Assembly (NCBI RefSeq): GCF_006345805.1
Contig: NC_042997.1
Coordinates: 32,488,001-32,552,000 of the forward strand
Source of the DNA: Octopus sinensis
Lineage: Eukaryota
DNA length: 64,000 nucleotides
Direction of reading: 5' to 3'
Shown here: piece after piece, positions 49,979 through 62,640 of the stretch
Position numbering within the stretch: position 1 is the stretch's first letter
Layout: every line of letters begins with the position of its first letter
Notes under the pieces: generated by a model
Told to the model about the DNA's origin: nothing
The model's database searches: none
What the model saw: the letters and a program-made list of their open reading frames with translations, nothing else
Made by a program: the position numbers and the translations under genes

Positions 49979-50904
49979 GTGTGAGAAGATAGTTAAGCAA
50001 GGGTTAATTTAGATAAGATATGAAATAGAGATTGAGGTGGAGGAATGAAAATAGATGTGAGATATGCAGGGATATTGTTTTTGTAGATCCATTATTTAGG
50101 CAGAATGGTATACATATAAGATTTCAATACCTTATGAGTAAAATCCAATAGGCGCATGAGTGGCTGTGTGGTAAGTAGCTTGTTTACCAACCACATGGTC
50201 CCGGGTTCAGTCCCACTGCATGGCACCTTGGGCAAGTGTCTTCTACTATAGCCTCGGACCGACCAAAGCCTTGTGAGTGCATTTGGTAGACGGAAACCGA
50301 AAGAAGCCCGTCGTATATATGTATATATATATGTATGTGTGTGTATATGTTTGTGTGTCTGTGTTTGTCCCCCTAGCATTGCATGACAACCGATGCTGGT
50401 GTGTTTATGTCCCCGTTACTTAACGGTTCGGCAAAAGAGACCGATAGAATAAGTACTGGGCTTACAAAAGAATAAGTCCCGGGGTCGAGTTTCTCGATTA
50501 AAGGCGGTGCTCCAGCATGGCCGCAGTCAAATGTCTGAAACAAGTAAAAGAGTAAAAGAATATCTAAAATTGGTCATTCCAAGTATAGAGTTTATACATA
50601 GTGTTATTGAATCAAGGGTTTTATTTAAAGTGACCAAAAAGTAGGGAATGTATTAGTAGGGTCAAATCGAAAACAGGAAGAGAGGAATAAAGAAAAGAAG
50701 GAAAAAAGAAAAAAGGAAAAACAATGAAGAGTTAGTAAGGGGAAGTATACCAGTTAGTGGTCAGTCCAGATAGTTTGAAAGTAGGAATAAGAGGGAAAGG
50801 GTGATAGAGAGAAAAAGGTATTAGAGTGTAAAAAGATACAAGGAATGGATGGGGTGGTGGTGATAGAGAGAGAGGTATAAAAAGTAAAGGAGTGTCAATT
50901 GTGC

Positions 50905-51157
50905 AGAGATAGAGTTTTTCATTACTGAATTTATTTTGAGATGCTCTGTGTTTCTTTCAATTATTTTAGATATAACAAAGAATTTAGTAAAATAACTTAG
51001 TTATAATTAAACAAGTGTTAGGAACATAAATTGCAACTAAGGTTTGGTGGAAGATTTTAATTCAATACTTATGAAAACAAGACATTTGTACTACAGAGCC
51101 ATCTATTTGTACTACTATCTCACATCTATTTGGCCGGGTTGGTAACGAAAGGGTTAA
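50905..51157. mobile_element. One-ended piggyBac-type MITE fragment
   Basis: Ends ...ggtaacgAAAGGG-TTAA at 51157; no matching left TIR was found. Confidence 0.45.
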
Positions 51158-52146
51158 GTGATGGGGCAGAGAGGTGTAGTAGTATGGAATGAAGAATTTA
51201 GGAATTTGGGTGGTCGGATAGGTCAGCGCTTAGTAGTAGAAGGAAATATATATGTGAAGATGTATACATATGTATATATTAGACATGTGTATACATATTT
51301 ATACAGAGGTTTATATGTATCAATATCTACATACACAACTCTTACTTGTATGAATATGCACACATGCGTACCCAGATATATGTGTATCGGCATGTATTAT
51401 ACCTGTACACGCAGGTATATAGACGTTTCATTCATACAAACATTCACACATACATACATACCCACATACATACACATATATATATATATGTATGTATCAT
51501 ATATACATATATACTCTTTACTCTTTTACTCTTTTACTTGTTTCAGTCATTTGACTGCGGCCATGCTGGAGCACCACCTTTTAGTACTTATTCTATCGGT
51601 CTCTTTTGCGAACCGCTAAGTGACGGGGACGTAAAACACCCAGCATTGGTTGTCAAGCAATGCTAGGGGGACAAACACAAACACAGACACACAAACACAC
51701 ACATATACATATATACATATACACGACAGGCTTCTTTCAGTTTCCGTCTACCAAATCCACTCACAAGGCATTGGTCGGCCCGGGGCTATAGTAGAAGACA
51801 CTTGCCCAAGATGCCACGCAGTGGGACTGAACCCGCAACCGTGTGGTGGTTAGCAAGCTACTTACCACACAGCCACTCCTGCGCCTATATATATTGTATA
51901 TATTTATATTGTGTATATATATTGTATAGATGTATATTATATATACATATATATTGTATATATTTATATTATATATGTACATATATATATTATATACATA
52001 TATATAGATATATTGTATATATATATATATATCATATATATGTATATATACAAACACACACACACACATATATATACATAGATATATATATATACACATA
52101 TATATACATACATATACATATATACACATATATACATACTGTATAT

Positions 52147-52192
<46 letters not shown>

Positions 52193-52234
52193 CTATGTAT
52201 ACCTATATATATATACACATATATATATATATAG

Positions 52235-52435
52235 TTAATCCAAACATGAAAACAAAGAGAGAAAACACAACACAAGGACGTGGAACAAGTAGTGTTATTG
52301 GACGCCCAAGAAAGGAAAGAAAGAAGGAGGATTTAACGTTTCAAGCGGAGCTCTTCGTCAGAAACATAGGAAAAAGAAAGATCCAAGGAAGGGAAGACGG
52401 AGGAAAAACAATCGCCAACGATACACATGCGGTCA
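52235..52435 (-). mobile_element. PLE pseudo-LTR fragment with minimal hammerhead-like motif (52332-52364)
   Basis: Reverse complement TTT-CTGACGA-A-GAGC(TCC)GCTT-GAA-ACGT-T-AAA; flanked by (TA)n. Confidence 0.6.
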
Positions 52436-52729
52436 CACACATATATATATATACATGTATATATACACATATACATATATGTGTTCGTATGCATTCGATC
52501 CTTCTTCCAGGAAATCTACGCTCCTAGCTTAGTTTTTCTAATGCTCGTTGCTTAGTTTTTCCTGGAGGGCTGGCCGGTTCTAGTAATCTCAAGATTAATC
52601 AGCCGAAATTACTACGATGATCCGGTTCTTGACTGAAGACTGAGGGCTTCGAATGTCCTGTCTGTGTTTGTTGTATCGTCTTCTAAGTTTTTATGCATTC
52701 TTGTCTCTGTTTGTATTTTTCTACATATC

Positions 52730-52763
<34 letters not shown>

Positions 52764-55700
52764 CATACATACACACACACACATACCTTTGATGCTACTT
52801 AATTCCTTGCTTTGTTTGAAACCTCAACTTCTATATCAAATTGCAATTCACAACAACTCTACCCTCTGCTAAATTTTGTGCAAATGTTGCACTCTAAAAT
52901 GGTCTTTAATATGTCATAGTGGGCTTATGATACCATAATGGTGACAATATCTTCCATGGAAATGACTAACACCCACGAATTGAACAAGAATATAAGTGTA
53001 CCAAATATATTCATAAAAAATATCATTGTGAGCAACGACTGGTATTTTTACAAGAATTGTAACAGCTTTTTGATAATTTTTAAATTTCCAATTATTTTCA
53101 TGTATTCAGTTCAGCTGCTGAAACTGAGGGAAAGTTGTCTCCGTAATTTTGCATACAATTAATATTTTACTATAAATGGCAGCATGTGCTACTCATCAAT
53201 ATGTACTTGGAAATGGTTTTTTTAAAGAATTTTGTGGTTTGCATTTTTCCACCCGTTTACAGGTAGATGGTTGCATATAATCATGAAGTATACTTGGAAA
53301 AAGGAAAAAAAAAATAAATAAATAAATAAAAGATGTAAACTACTATTGGAACTTTGTAGTTTGCAGTTTCCACAAAAAGTTTGGGAAAATAATAATCTTT
53401 TGAATTTCACAGTAAAGATAACAGAAGTTCAACTGATCCTGGATAAACATATATGATTCCTTCTCATTTCATTCAACTTGCTTGTGGTGCACCTGAGCAC
53501 TGTATTCAATAATTTCATTATCATTATTATTTATGAACTCTGAGAGGACAGACCTATGATCAAAAGCATTTTAGCCATGACTGTCTCTTATATTTATAGA
53601 CATAATGTATCCAGGACTATACTATTCAATGTATCCTTCCATTTTTTTAAAGTCTTTAAGGTGTATTTGAAGGGGACGTGGCTGCAAATTTCAACTGGGC
53701 AAGTGACTAAGTAGATGCTCCCTCGTCGGCTTGCTCATAAATGTTTTATCTCTGTTATTGAGAAAATGAGGAAATATTTAAATTTATTTACCTCCCCAGC
53801 TTTATTTATTATGTTTCCCAGCATCAAGGATTTTTCCTTCCACCACCATCACCACTAAAATAATTCATGTGCATCTAAGATTATGTTTTCTATAAGTCAA
53901 TTTGAGGCTCATCCCCATAATGTAGAAAGAAAAACAAATACAGACTATAAATAATCAACAGGATCTATATCTCATTACTTGATAAAGTATATGAAAATAA
54001 TGAGATCTTATTTTTATGCTTATCTTTGTTACAAAAATTTTCAAGTCAAAAGTGGGGTGTGTTCTCAAACTTGGAGCATCTTTGATGCCAGGAAATACTG
54101 AAGGCTCTCCCGTTTACTATAGATATACCGACTCACTCTGATTTATTTTTCAAGCAATTTTATTAAATGTAGTTGTATATTTGTGTCTACTGGTCAAACT
54201 TCTGTGAGTAAAACTCTTCATGTCATAACAGATATGCTAATGAAATAAATTAGTTTTTAACTTTGATCACAAATGTGGGGCTCTTTATTCTGTAATAAGT
54301 GTTCAGTATGAAACTTTACACTAACAAAATCGTATTTTATTATTTAATCAACATTTAAAAAATTTTAAAACATAGGTGCAGGAGTGGCTGTGTGGTAAGT
54401 AGCTTTTTTACCTACCACATGGTTCCAGGTTCAGTCCCACTGCGTGGCACCTTGGGCAAGTGTCTTCTACTATAGCTTCGGGCCGACCAAAGCCTTGTGA
54501 GTGGATTTGGTAGACGGAAACTGAAAGAAGCCCGTCGTATATATGTATATATATATATGTGTGTGTGTGTGCATGTATGTTTGTGTGTCTGTGTTTGTCC
54601 CCCTAGCATTGCTTGACAACCGATGCTGGTGTGTTTATGTCCCCGTCACTTAGCGGTTTGGCAAAAGAGACCGATAGAATAAGTACTGGGCTTACAAAAA
54701 ATAAGTCCCGGGGTCGAGTTACTCGATTAAAGGTGGTGCTCCAGCATGGCCTCAATCAAATGACTGAAACAAGTAAAAAGAGTAAAAAAAAAGAGAGTAT
54801 TTGATTCAACAGTGTAGAAATTTCATTATTGATAATATTTTATCTTACCATTTTGTTAATCCTGGCAGGAAATATATGAAATCATTTCATTTCAATTAAA
54901 TTTAATGATTATGGGAAAATAAATAATAATAGTAATAAAATCAAGCAATTTATTACAGAAAGCTGAAAATAAAACAAAATGAAAAATATCGAGATAATGA
55001 AAAGTAATTAAAATTTAAAATTTAAAAATATTTTTGAATTAGATAGTAAAACAAACAGATCTGGGCTGCACATTGTAAGAATTCATTTTAGATATCGTTT
55101 TTCCATCAGTATTGTACATTTTCTTTTTTCATTATTCAAATCTAATAAAGATGAAATAAATTTTTGGATGATCCAAGAAAGAGAAGAAATTGCTTAGTTG
55201 AATTTCATTATTTGAATTCCAAAACACTTTCAATTAAACATGGCAAATGCTCAAAATCATTTTTCTATTATTTTCCTATTAAATTTTATAGGAGAAAGTG
55301 ATTACTGTTTGTCTGGTGTTTTACAGATATTTGAAACCGGTAAAAGAAATGGATCAATATTTTCTGTCAAATCATTTCTTAAAAATATATAATTAAATTA
55401 AAAAAAAAAAAACCCCAAAAATTCAAGGAAAATAACTCTTATTTGTCTGTCCGTGGTTATCTCCCGTAGAAACACTCTCTGATGATGTACGTCTCTGAAT
55501 GGTGAGTAATTGTCTCATGGCTCTAGAAGTTTAGATTATTTTTGTTTTTCTTTCATTAAGGTTTTAATTTACAGATATCTATTGTTCTTTAGTAGGTTAA
55601 CGATTGATGAAAATAATGAGCACTGTATACAATAATTTCATTATTATTATATTTAGTAATTAAATGTTGGGATACTGTTTCTTTTTTAATACATTCATAT

Positions 55701-55870
55701 TGTAACTGAACTGAAACCTGTGTGATTAAATTATTATTACTTGTGCCCGTCTTTAATGTTGTATGAGTATAATTTATGGTAAAATTACAGATTTTCACCC
55801 GCACGATTTTCACTAAAAAAAAAAAAAAATGATTTTTTGTGTGAAAATTCCGGGGCCGGAATATAAGGGG

Positions 55871-55920
<50 letters not shown>

Positions 55921-57508
55921 AATTATAAATATAAATTAATAATTTTAATTTTAAATTTAAATAATTTAAAATTTTATATTATATTTTTTTGTATATTATA
56001 TTAATTATTTTTATTTTTATGTTTTGGTTTATGTTTTTCACTGTTTGATTTGCCTAATAGTGGTTTTATCTCTAATTTAATTTATATATATATATATATA
56101 TAACATGACTGAATTTGAGAAATGTTAATTGAAATAAAAATTTTATGGTTATATCTTCCCTGGCTAAACACCAAAGCTGAAAAATACAACAAGCAATTAT
56201 TTCAGTATTTTTCTTTAATCTGTATATGTCTATCTTTTTGGAGCAAAAGAGACTATGTTAAGATTTTGCTACTGGGTAAAGAAAACTATGTTCCGGAGTA
56301 GTCATTTGTTTTAGTAACTGGTATTAGCATATCTTCAAAATACAATCTTCAGGTAAGGGGGCTTCAATATTACTGACAACTGAACTGATAATAAGCCTCT
56401 CTATAAAATCTTGAAAATGTTTACGTCAGATCTTCCTGCTGTTTAACTTACATGAGAAGGCATATATCATCAATGTTTTTTAACACTTATGTTAAAACAT
56501 TTATGTAGAAGCTTAGATATTTTTGTGGCTATTCAGAAGTTCGCAAAACTTCAAATTTTTTTGTCATTTTTTTGCCTGAAACATTGTCATTTTTTTGCCA
56601 GCAGGTTTGGGCAGTATTTGATTTTAGGATAAACTTGATTAGAAATATGCCTTCAGTGAGACATTTGTAGTCAATGTCAGTTTTAATATAGTCTAAAAAA
56701 AATAGTGGTACTGCATTTATGCTAGCATTTTCAGGCTACAAGTTTAGAAGTGATTTCAGCAAATTTTATATTGATTAACAAAGAAAATATGACAATATAT
56801 TCTGGGAGAATTTAATAGGCTGTGTGTCTAATCTATGAGGAATATGTAAGTCTTCTATATTTCTTAGTTAATGGAGCTATTGTTACAGTACATCACATTT
56901 CAGAATACTTATAAGATAGTCAATTCTCATATAATAGAAAAATCATACATTCACTTTGAGCGTCATTAAGTTCTAATATGTCATCAGTAGATACATGTTG
57001 CATTCCTACATATATATTGTTCTTATTCAAGTCAGCAAAATTTAGCTGCTTTTGAAGAAAAGCTTTTTTTCTTTTTTTAACATTAAAAGAAATACATATT
57101 TTAAAATGGGATGTGGAGAAAAGGTCTACTAATGTTCAGCCCAGGGACTCAATGAATAATAACCAAGATGTTTTGTAAGAAAATACTAGGAAAATAAAAT
57201 AAAAATCTCATATGAAAACAGAGGGGCTATTTTTTTCTCTTGTAAATATTCTCTTGACCAACTCTCTATTTCCTTGTTAATTATTTCTTCATTATTAATT
57301 ATTATTAATATTCATTTCATATACACTTCTTTCCATGTATTCTGTGATTTCTTTTCTGTTGTTGTTTTCAATCGTCATAGAAATAGCAGCCGATATTTAG
57401 AAATTTCTATGACGACTGTTACAATTATCTTTATATATATGTATATATATTTATTTATATATGTGTGTGTGTGTCAGTTGTTTGACAGTGTGAGATATAT
57501 ATATATAT

Positions 57509-57577
57509 AAATTCATATGCATATATATATATGTATATATATATATAAATTCATATGCATATATATATAAATTCATA

Positions 57578-57616
<39 letters not shown>

Positions 57617-57683
57617 TCATATGCATATATATATAATTCATATGCATATATATATATATAATATATATATATATAAATTCATA

Positions 57684-57720
<37 letters not shown>

Positions 57721-57802
57721 CATATGCATATATATATATATATATATATAAATTCATATGCATATATATATTATATATATATATATATAAATTCATATGC
57801 AC
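57509..57802. repeat. Minisatellite: 9 copies of AAATTCATATGCA separated by variable (TA)n
   Basis: Direct reading. Confidence 0.9.
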
Positions 57803-60138
57803 CTTGAGAATAATGGCTATAGAAATGTCTAGCCGTTTTTCTCATCCATCTTTACTTCCTTTGTTCCCTTCCATACCCCCTTCCCTTTACCTTCCACAGA
57901 ATACCATTTACTAAATTTATTTGTCTGGAAACAAACAAGCTCCAAGGCAACCATAACTGCTGTATATAGAGTAGTTTCTTCAAATTATTACTTCTTGTAA
58001 GCAGTTGAAACTGAATTTGTACTAATAAACTATTTGAAATTTTTTCTGTTTTTATTTTTATTTCTTTTTGCTTTTATTTTGCAATAACCTCTGTTGTTGA
58101 CGTTCTAATTTCAGCTAATTCAAACGAGGTATGGAACGATTTTCTATTACATAGCAACTATTTATTTAATACCACAAATGCAATTTGAAATCACACCACA
58201 GAAATGGGTTATGGGATTAAATACTGATACATTTGTTCTTGCCCTTTACTGTTTACTCTAACTACTGAATGCTTAAGTTCACTAAATATTAAGACAGTAA
58301 TACTCTTTTACTTGTTTCAGTCATTTGACTGCGGCCATGCTGGAGCACCGCCTTTTTTAATCGAGCAACTCGACCCCGGGACTTATTCTTTTGTAAGCCC
58401 AGTACTTATTCTATCGGTCTCCTTTGGCGAACCGCTAAGTAACGGGGACATAAACACACCAGCATCGGTTGTCAAGCAATGCTAGGGGGACAAACACAGA
58501 CGCACAAACACAACCATGCATATATATATATATATACATATATACGACGGGCTTCTTTCAGTTTCCGTCTACCAAATCCACTCACAAGGCTTTGGTCGGC
58601 CCGAGGCTATAGTAGAAGACACTTGCCCAAGGTGCCATGCAGTGAGACTGAACCCGGAACCATGTGGTTGCTAAACAAGCTACTTACCACATTTAATTAA
58701 CTTGTATTCTTCTAATGATTTAAGTTATAAGTTGGGGCTGTTTTGAGATACCACCTACATGGCTTTTGGTCAGTTCTATTGACCCCAGTACTTGTTTCAG
58801 TTTGGAGGCATGTGGCTTAATGGTTATGGGCCTTACCGAAGCAATGACAAGTGACCGAGACCTTTGGAGATATGCTGTGCTTGAGAAGACTCAGCAAGCC
58901 AAGTGAGATCATTGCTGTGGCCTATGCCAGTGCTATATATCCAGCCCATTTAAGAGTACCCTTCAATCACTGGACAATAAAATATGCTTGTGAAGACCTT
59001 TTGAGGCAAGTGAAATCATTGTCATGACCAATGACAGTATCACATGATTGGCACCCGTGCCAGTGGAACGTTAAAAGCACCATTTGAGTGTGATCATTGC
59101 CAGGGCTGCTGACTGGCTACCATGCTGGTAGCATGTAAAAAAGTACCATTCAAGTGTGGTTGTTGCCAGCGTGGCCAGACTGGCTCCTGTGCAGGTGACA
59201 TGTAAAAAGTACTATTTGAGTATGGCCGATGCCTGTACTGCCTAACTGGCCCTCGTGCCAGTGGCATGTAAAAGCACTCACTACACTCTCGGAGTGGTTG
59301 GTATTAGGAAGGGCATCCAGCTGTAGAAACTTTCCCAGATTAGATTGGAGACTGGTGCAGCCTTCTGGCTCGCCAGCCCTCAGTCAAACCATCCAGTCCA
59401 TGCCAGCATGGAAAGTGGATGTTAAACGATGATGATTGTTTTCAACTATCACTAGCAGCACTTCAAGATATATCTCAATGACTATAGTATAACCTGTTTG
59501 TTTTGACTCCAAAACATCCAGGGTAACAAAGTACCTGTTGCCCCACTGAATTCCTGGCCTTGTTTCTATGTTAGAATCAACTATTATTATAAGTTGGTAG
59601 ATTGCAAGAATCATTAGAGCAGGGGACAAAATGCATTGCAGTAAGTATATCTTCAAGAACTTTATATTCTAAGTTCAAACTGTATGGAGGTAAACTTTGG
59701 TCTCATCCTTTCAGAGTTAATATAATCAATTAATGAGTTTGATCATATTAGCTAAAACCCTCCCCTCAAAGATTGCTGACCTTATGCCTAAGTCAGGAAA
59801 CCATCAGCAGAGGGATGGATAAAATGTCTTGTTATATGTAGTTACTCTCCTTCATTCCTGAATTCAAAATCCAATGGAGGCCAACTTTTCCTTTCATCCT
59901 CGCAGAGTAGATAAAGTAATCAATGGAGTACTGGGGTTGATACTAATTAAATATATCCTTCAAGAAAAATTAATGATCTAATGCCTAGGTAACAGTTTAT
60001 TAATTTGTAACATAGATGGGTAATCAGAGTAAAATGTAGGTGGAGAGGGACAACGTTAAGAATTAAAGATGGGTGAAGTAGTTACAGAACAACATAAGGA
60101 AATATGCAGTTTTGCTCTCATTTAATTACAACAGTAGT

Positions 60139-60662
60139 TATCAGGTCATCTGTTCGATTTTACCTTTTTTAAAGTTGAATGAAATTTAATACTATTTTAG
60201 AATGTCTAATGGAATTAAAAATTATTTTTATGCATTTGTGTACATTTAAACTAATTAAATATTATTTTACAGAATAATAGAATTAAAATTTCTTTGATTA
60301 AAACCCTTTCTAACATAGAAGTATCCAAAGAGCATTTGGGGCACATAATGCTTTATGAGTACAAAAAAGGAAACTCAGCAGCTGAAACGACTCGAAACAT
60401 GCACTCAGTTTATGGGAAAGAATGCTTGAATGAAAGAACTTGCAGAAGATGGTTTGCAAAATTCAGAAGTGGAGATTTCAGCCTTGAAGATGATGATCGA
60501 ACAGGACGTCCAGTTGAGTTTGATCATAAGCTCCTTGACAAGTGACTCAGACCTATGCTTGCAAAGACCTTTTGAGGCAAGTGAAATTGCTGTCATGTAT
60601 TATCAATTGAAGAATTGGCAATAAAGCTTCGTTCAAACCGTACAACTGTTCGTCGTCAGCTA
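60139..60662 (+). mobile_element. Mariner transposase N-terminal (HTH) fragment
   Basis: HIMLYEYKKGNSAAETTRNMHSVYGKECLNERTCRRWFAKFRSGDFSLEDDDRTGRP; after a ~60 bp RTE-UTR insert it resumes LSIEELAIKLRSNRTTVRR. Confidence 0.85.
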
Positions 60663-61399
60663 GCATGGGTTGGACGATTTTGACTGAGAGCTGGTGAACC
60701 AGATGGCTGCACCAGGCCCCAATCTGATCTGGCAGAGTTTCTACAGCTGGAAGCCCTTCCTAATGCCAACCACTCTGAGTGTGTAGTGGGTGCTTTTTAT
60801 GTGCCACCAGCACGGGGACGGTCAGGCGGTACTGGTAATGACCTTGCTTGAATATTTTTACACATGCCACTGGCACAGGTGCCAGTAAGGCAACGTTGGT
60901 AACGATCACGCTCAAATGGTGCCCTTTTACATGTCACCAGCACGGAAGCCAGTTGGCTGCTCTGGCAATGATCATGCTCGGATGGTGCTCTTGGCACCCT
61001 ACTAGCACAGGCACAAGTGCCAGTAAGGCGACGCTGGTAATGATCACACTTGAATGGTGCCCTTTTATGTGCCACTGGCACAGAAGCCGGTTAGCTGCTC
61101 TGTCAACGATCGCACTCGTATGGTCTCTTTGCACCCCGCTAGCACGGATGCCAGTCATCGAATTTGGAAAAAAAAGACAATTTCTAAAACTCACTGATGT
61201 GGGAAACAGCGAAAGACAAGTTCATAAAACTGGAAAGATAAAATGTCATGCTAGACAGTTCAGCATGGAAGTCTTTAGAAAACAGCCAAAAATAGTATGT
61301 ATGCACATATTTGGCTGACCAATGAAATTTTCTACTGCCCTTGGTAACACAAGCTGGAGGAGATAAAACAACTGATGCATCATCAGAAGATGACGTGTC

Positions 61400-62460
61400 A
61401 GTGCTGTGCGAAGGATGTGTAGATATAGGTATGGGTATCATGGGTGAGGAGTAGGAGCTGTTGCTTGAAAGATGAATTAATAAAAGCCTGCATCACCCAA
61501 TCTATGTTAATAGTCTGGTGTTTGCCATGAATGTCTAAAACCATGAACTTGGGTTTGTGTCTAAAACCATGAACCTAATACAGGCCAGTATAAGACTGCA
61601 GTAGTGGTTGCTTTACTATGTCATTGAGTCCATTTATGAATGTCCGGTGGAACAAAAGATTTGATTGATTGTGATCCGGTTACCAACAGAGGTAATTCAA
61701 TCATATATTTTTGCAAATGATGAACATAATCACTGGATCAAAATTTCGGTTAAGTGCTGTTGTATTTGTGACCATCTGTCCAGGTAAAATAAAGGGGTAC
61801 ACCATAAAGTAATTCTGCTGGTGAAAAACCTAAGTTTTCCTTGACAACTGATCAAAGACCCAATAAAACAATTGGTACTACTTCTTACCATCTGACTTGG
61901 GATAGATGTATAGAGCTGCTTTCTATTGATGGTGAAAATGCTTTATCATCTCATTAGACATGGGGTGGTATGCAGCGGTACAGATTTGCTGCCAACCCAG
62001 CAAGTTTGAAAGTGCATTCAAATTGTCAACCTCTATCAGTAGTTATTGAGAGGAGAGCACCAAAACACGAAATCCACCTAGCCTTTGCAATAGAAAGAGA
62101 TGAAATGTCCTTGATAGGTACAGCTTCAGGCCATCTAGAAAAACGATCTCTGCAGATCAATAAATATATATTATCTTGAGCTGGTGGCAAAGGACCAATG
62201 ATATCGATGTGAATGTGTTTAAAACATGCATCTGGAGTAGCAAAAGTGCCCAAAGGTGTTGAACTTTAGTTTTCTGGCATGATAGGGGAAGCTTGGGAGA
62301 GATTGAGTCATTTTTTACATTTCAATATGATGCAGACTCTCCATGCATAAGAAAGAATTCTTTACCAACTTGTAACATTCATAGACTTGTAACGTATATA
62401 TGCCAAGGATATAGTTTCAAATGGGTGTAAACTGAAACAGAGAGCACACTTTTTAATGGG
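61400..62460 (-). mobile_element. Ty3/gypsy integrase remnant (core plus GPY/F region), degenerate
   Basis: GTFATPDACFKHIHIDIIGPLPP...RDRFSRWPEAVPIKD...FG...ITTDRG*QFE; W*EVVPIVLLGL*SVVKENLGFSPAELLYG; PLLQSYTGLY*V. No LTRs were seen. Confidence 0.85.
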
Positions 62461-62640
62461 TAATGATTTGACCCATCCTTCCCAACGGGTGGTGAGATTT
62501 GGGACATGTATAGGGTTGAGTTGAGACATAGGGGGACTTGGGATAAGTGTTATTTTAATTGATTGTACACTAAGATGAAGCATTTACATAACTACTTATA
62601 AATGATTTGTACTTTATTTTGAAGCATTGAGAACTTTACT

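Noticed and set aside
52560-52665. Hammerhead-like ggctg...cagccGAAA and CTGAAGA...GAAT
   Set aside because: The cores deviate (CTGGAGG; GAAT) and no stem I can be formed.
37482-56351. Isolated exon-like segments (37482-37544 -, ~40494-40561 +, ~41301-41388 +, 56314-56351 +)
   Set aside because: Each is open in one frame, but they are on mixed strands, have no recognisable homology and cannot be chained.
57509-61160. CRISPR-like repeat arrays (13-mer array; 62 bp RTE units)
   Set aside because: Eukaryotic context, no unique spacers (TA runs or none) and no cas genes.
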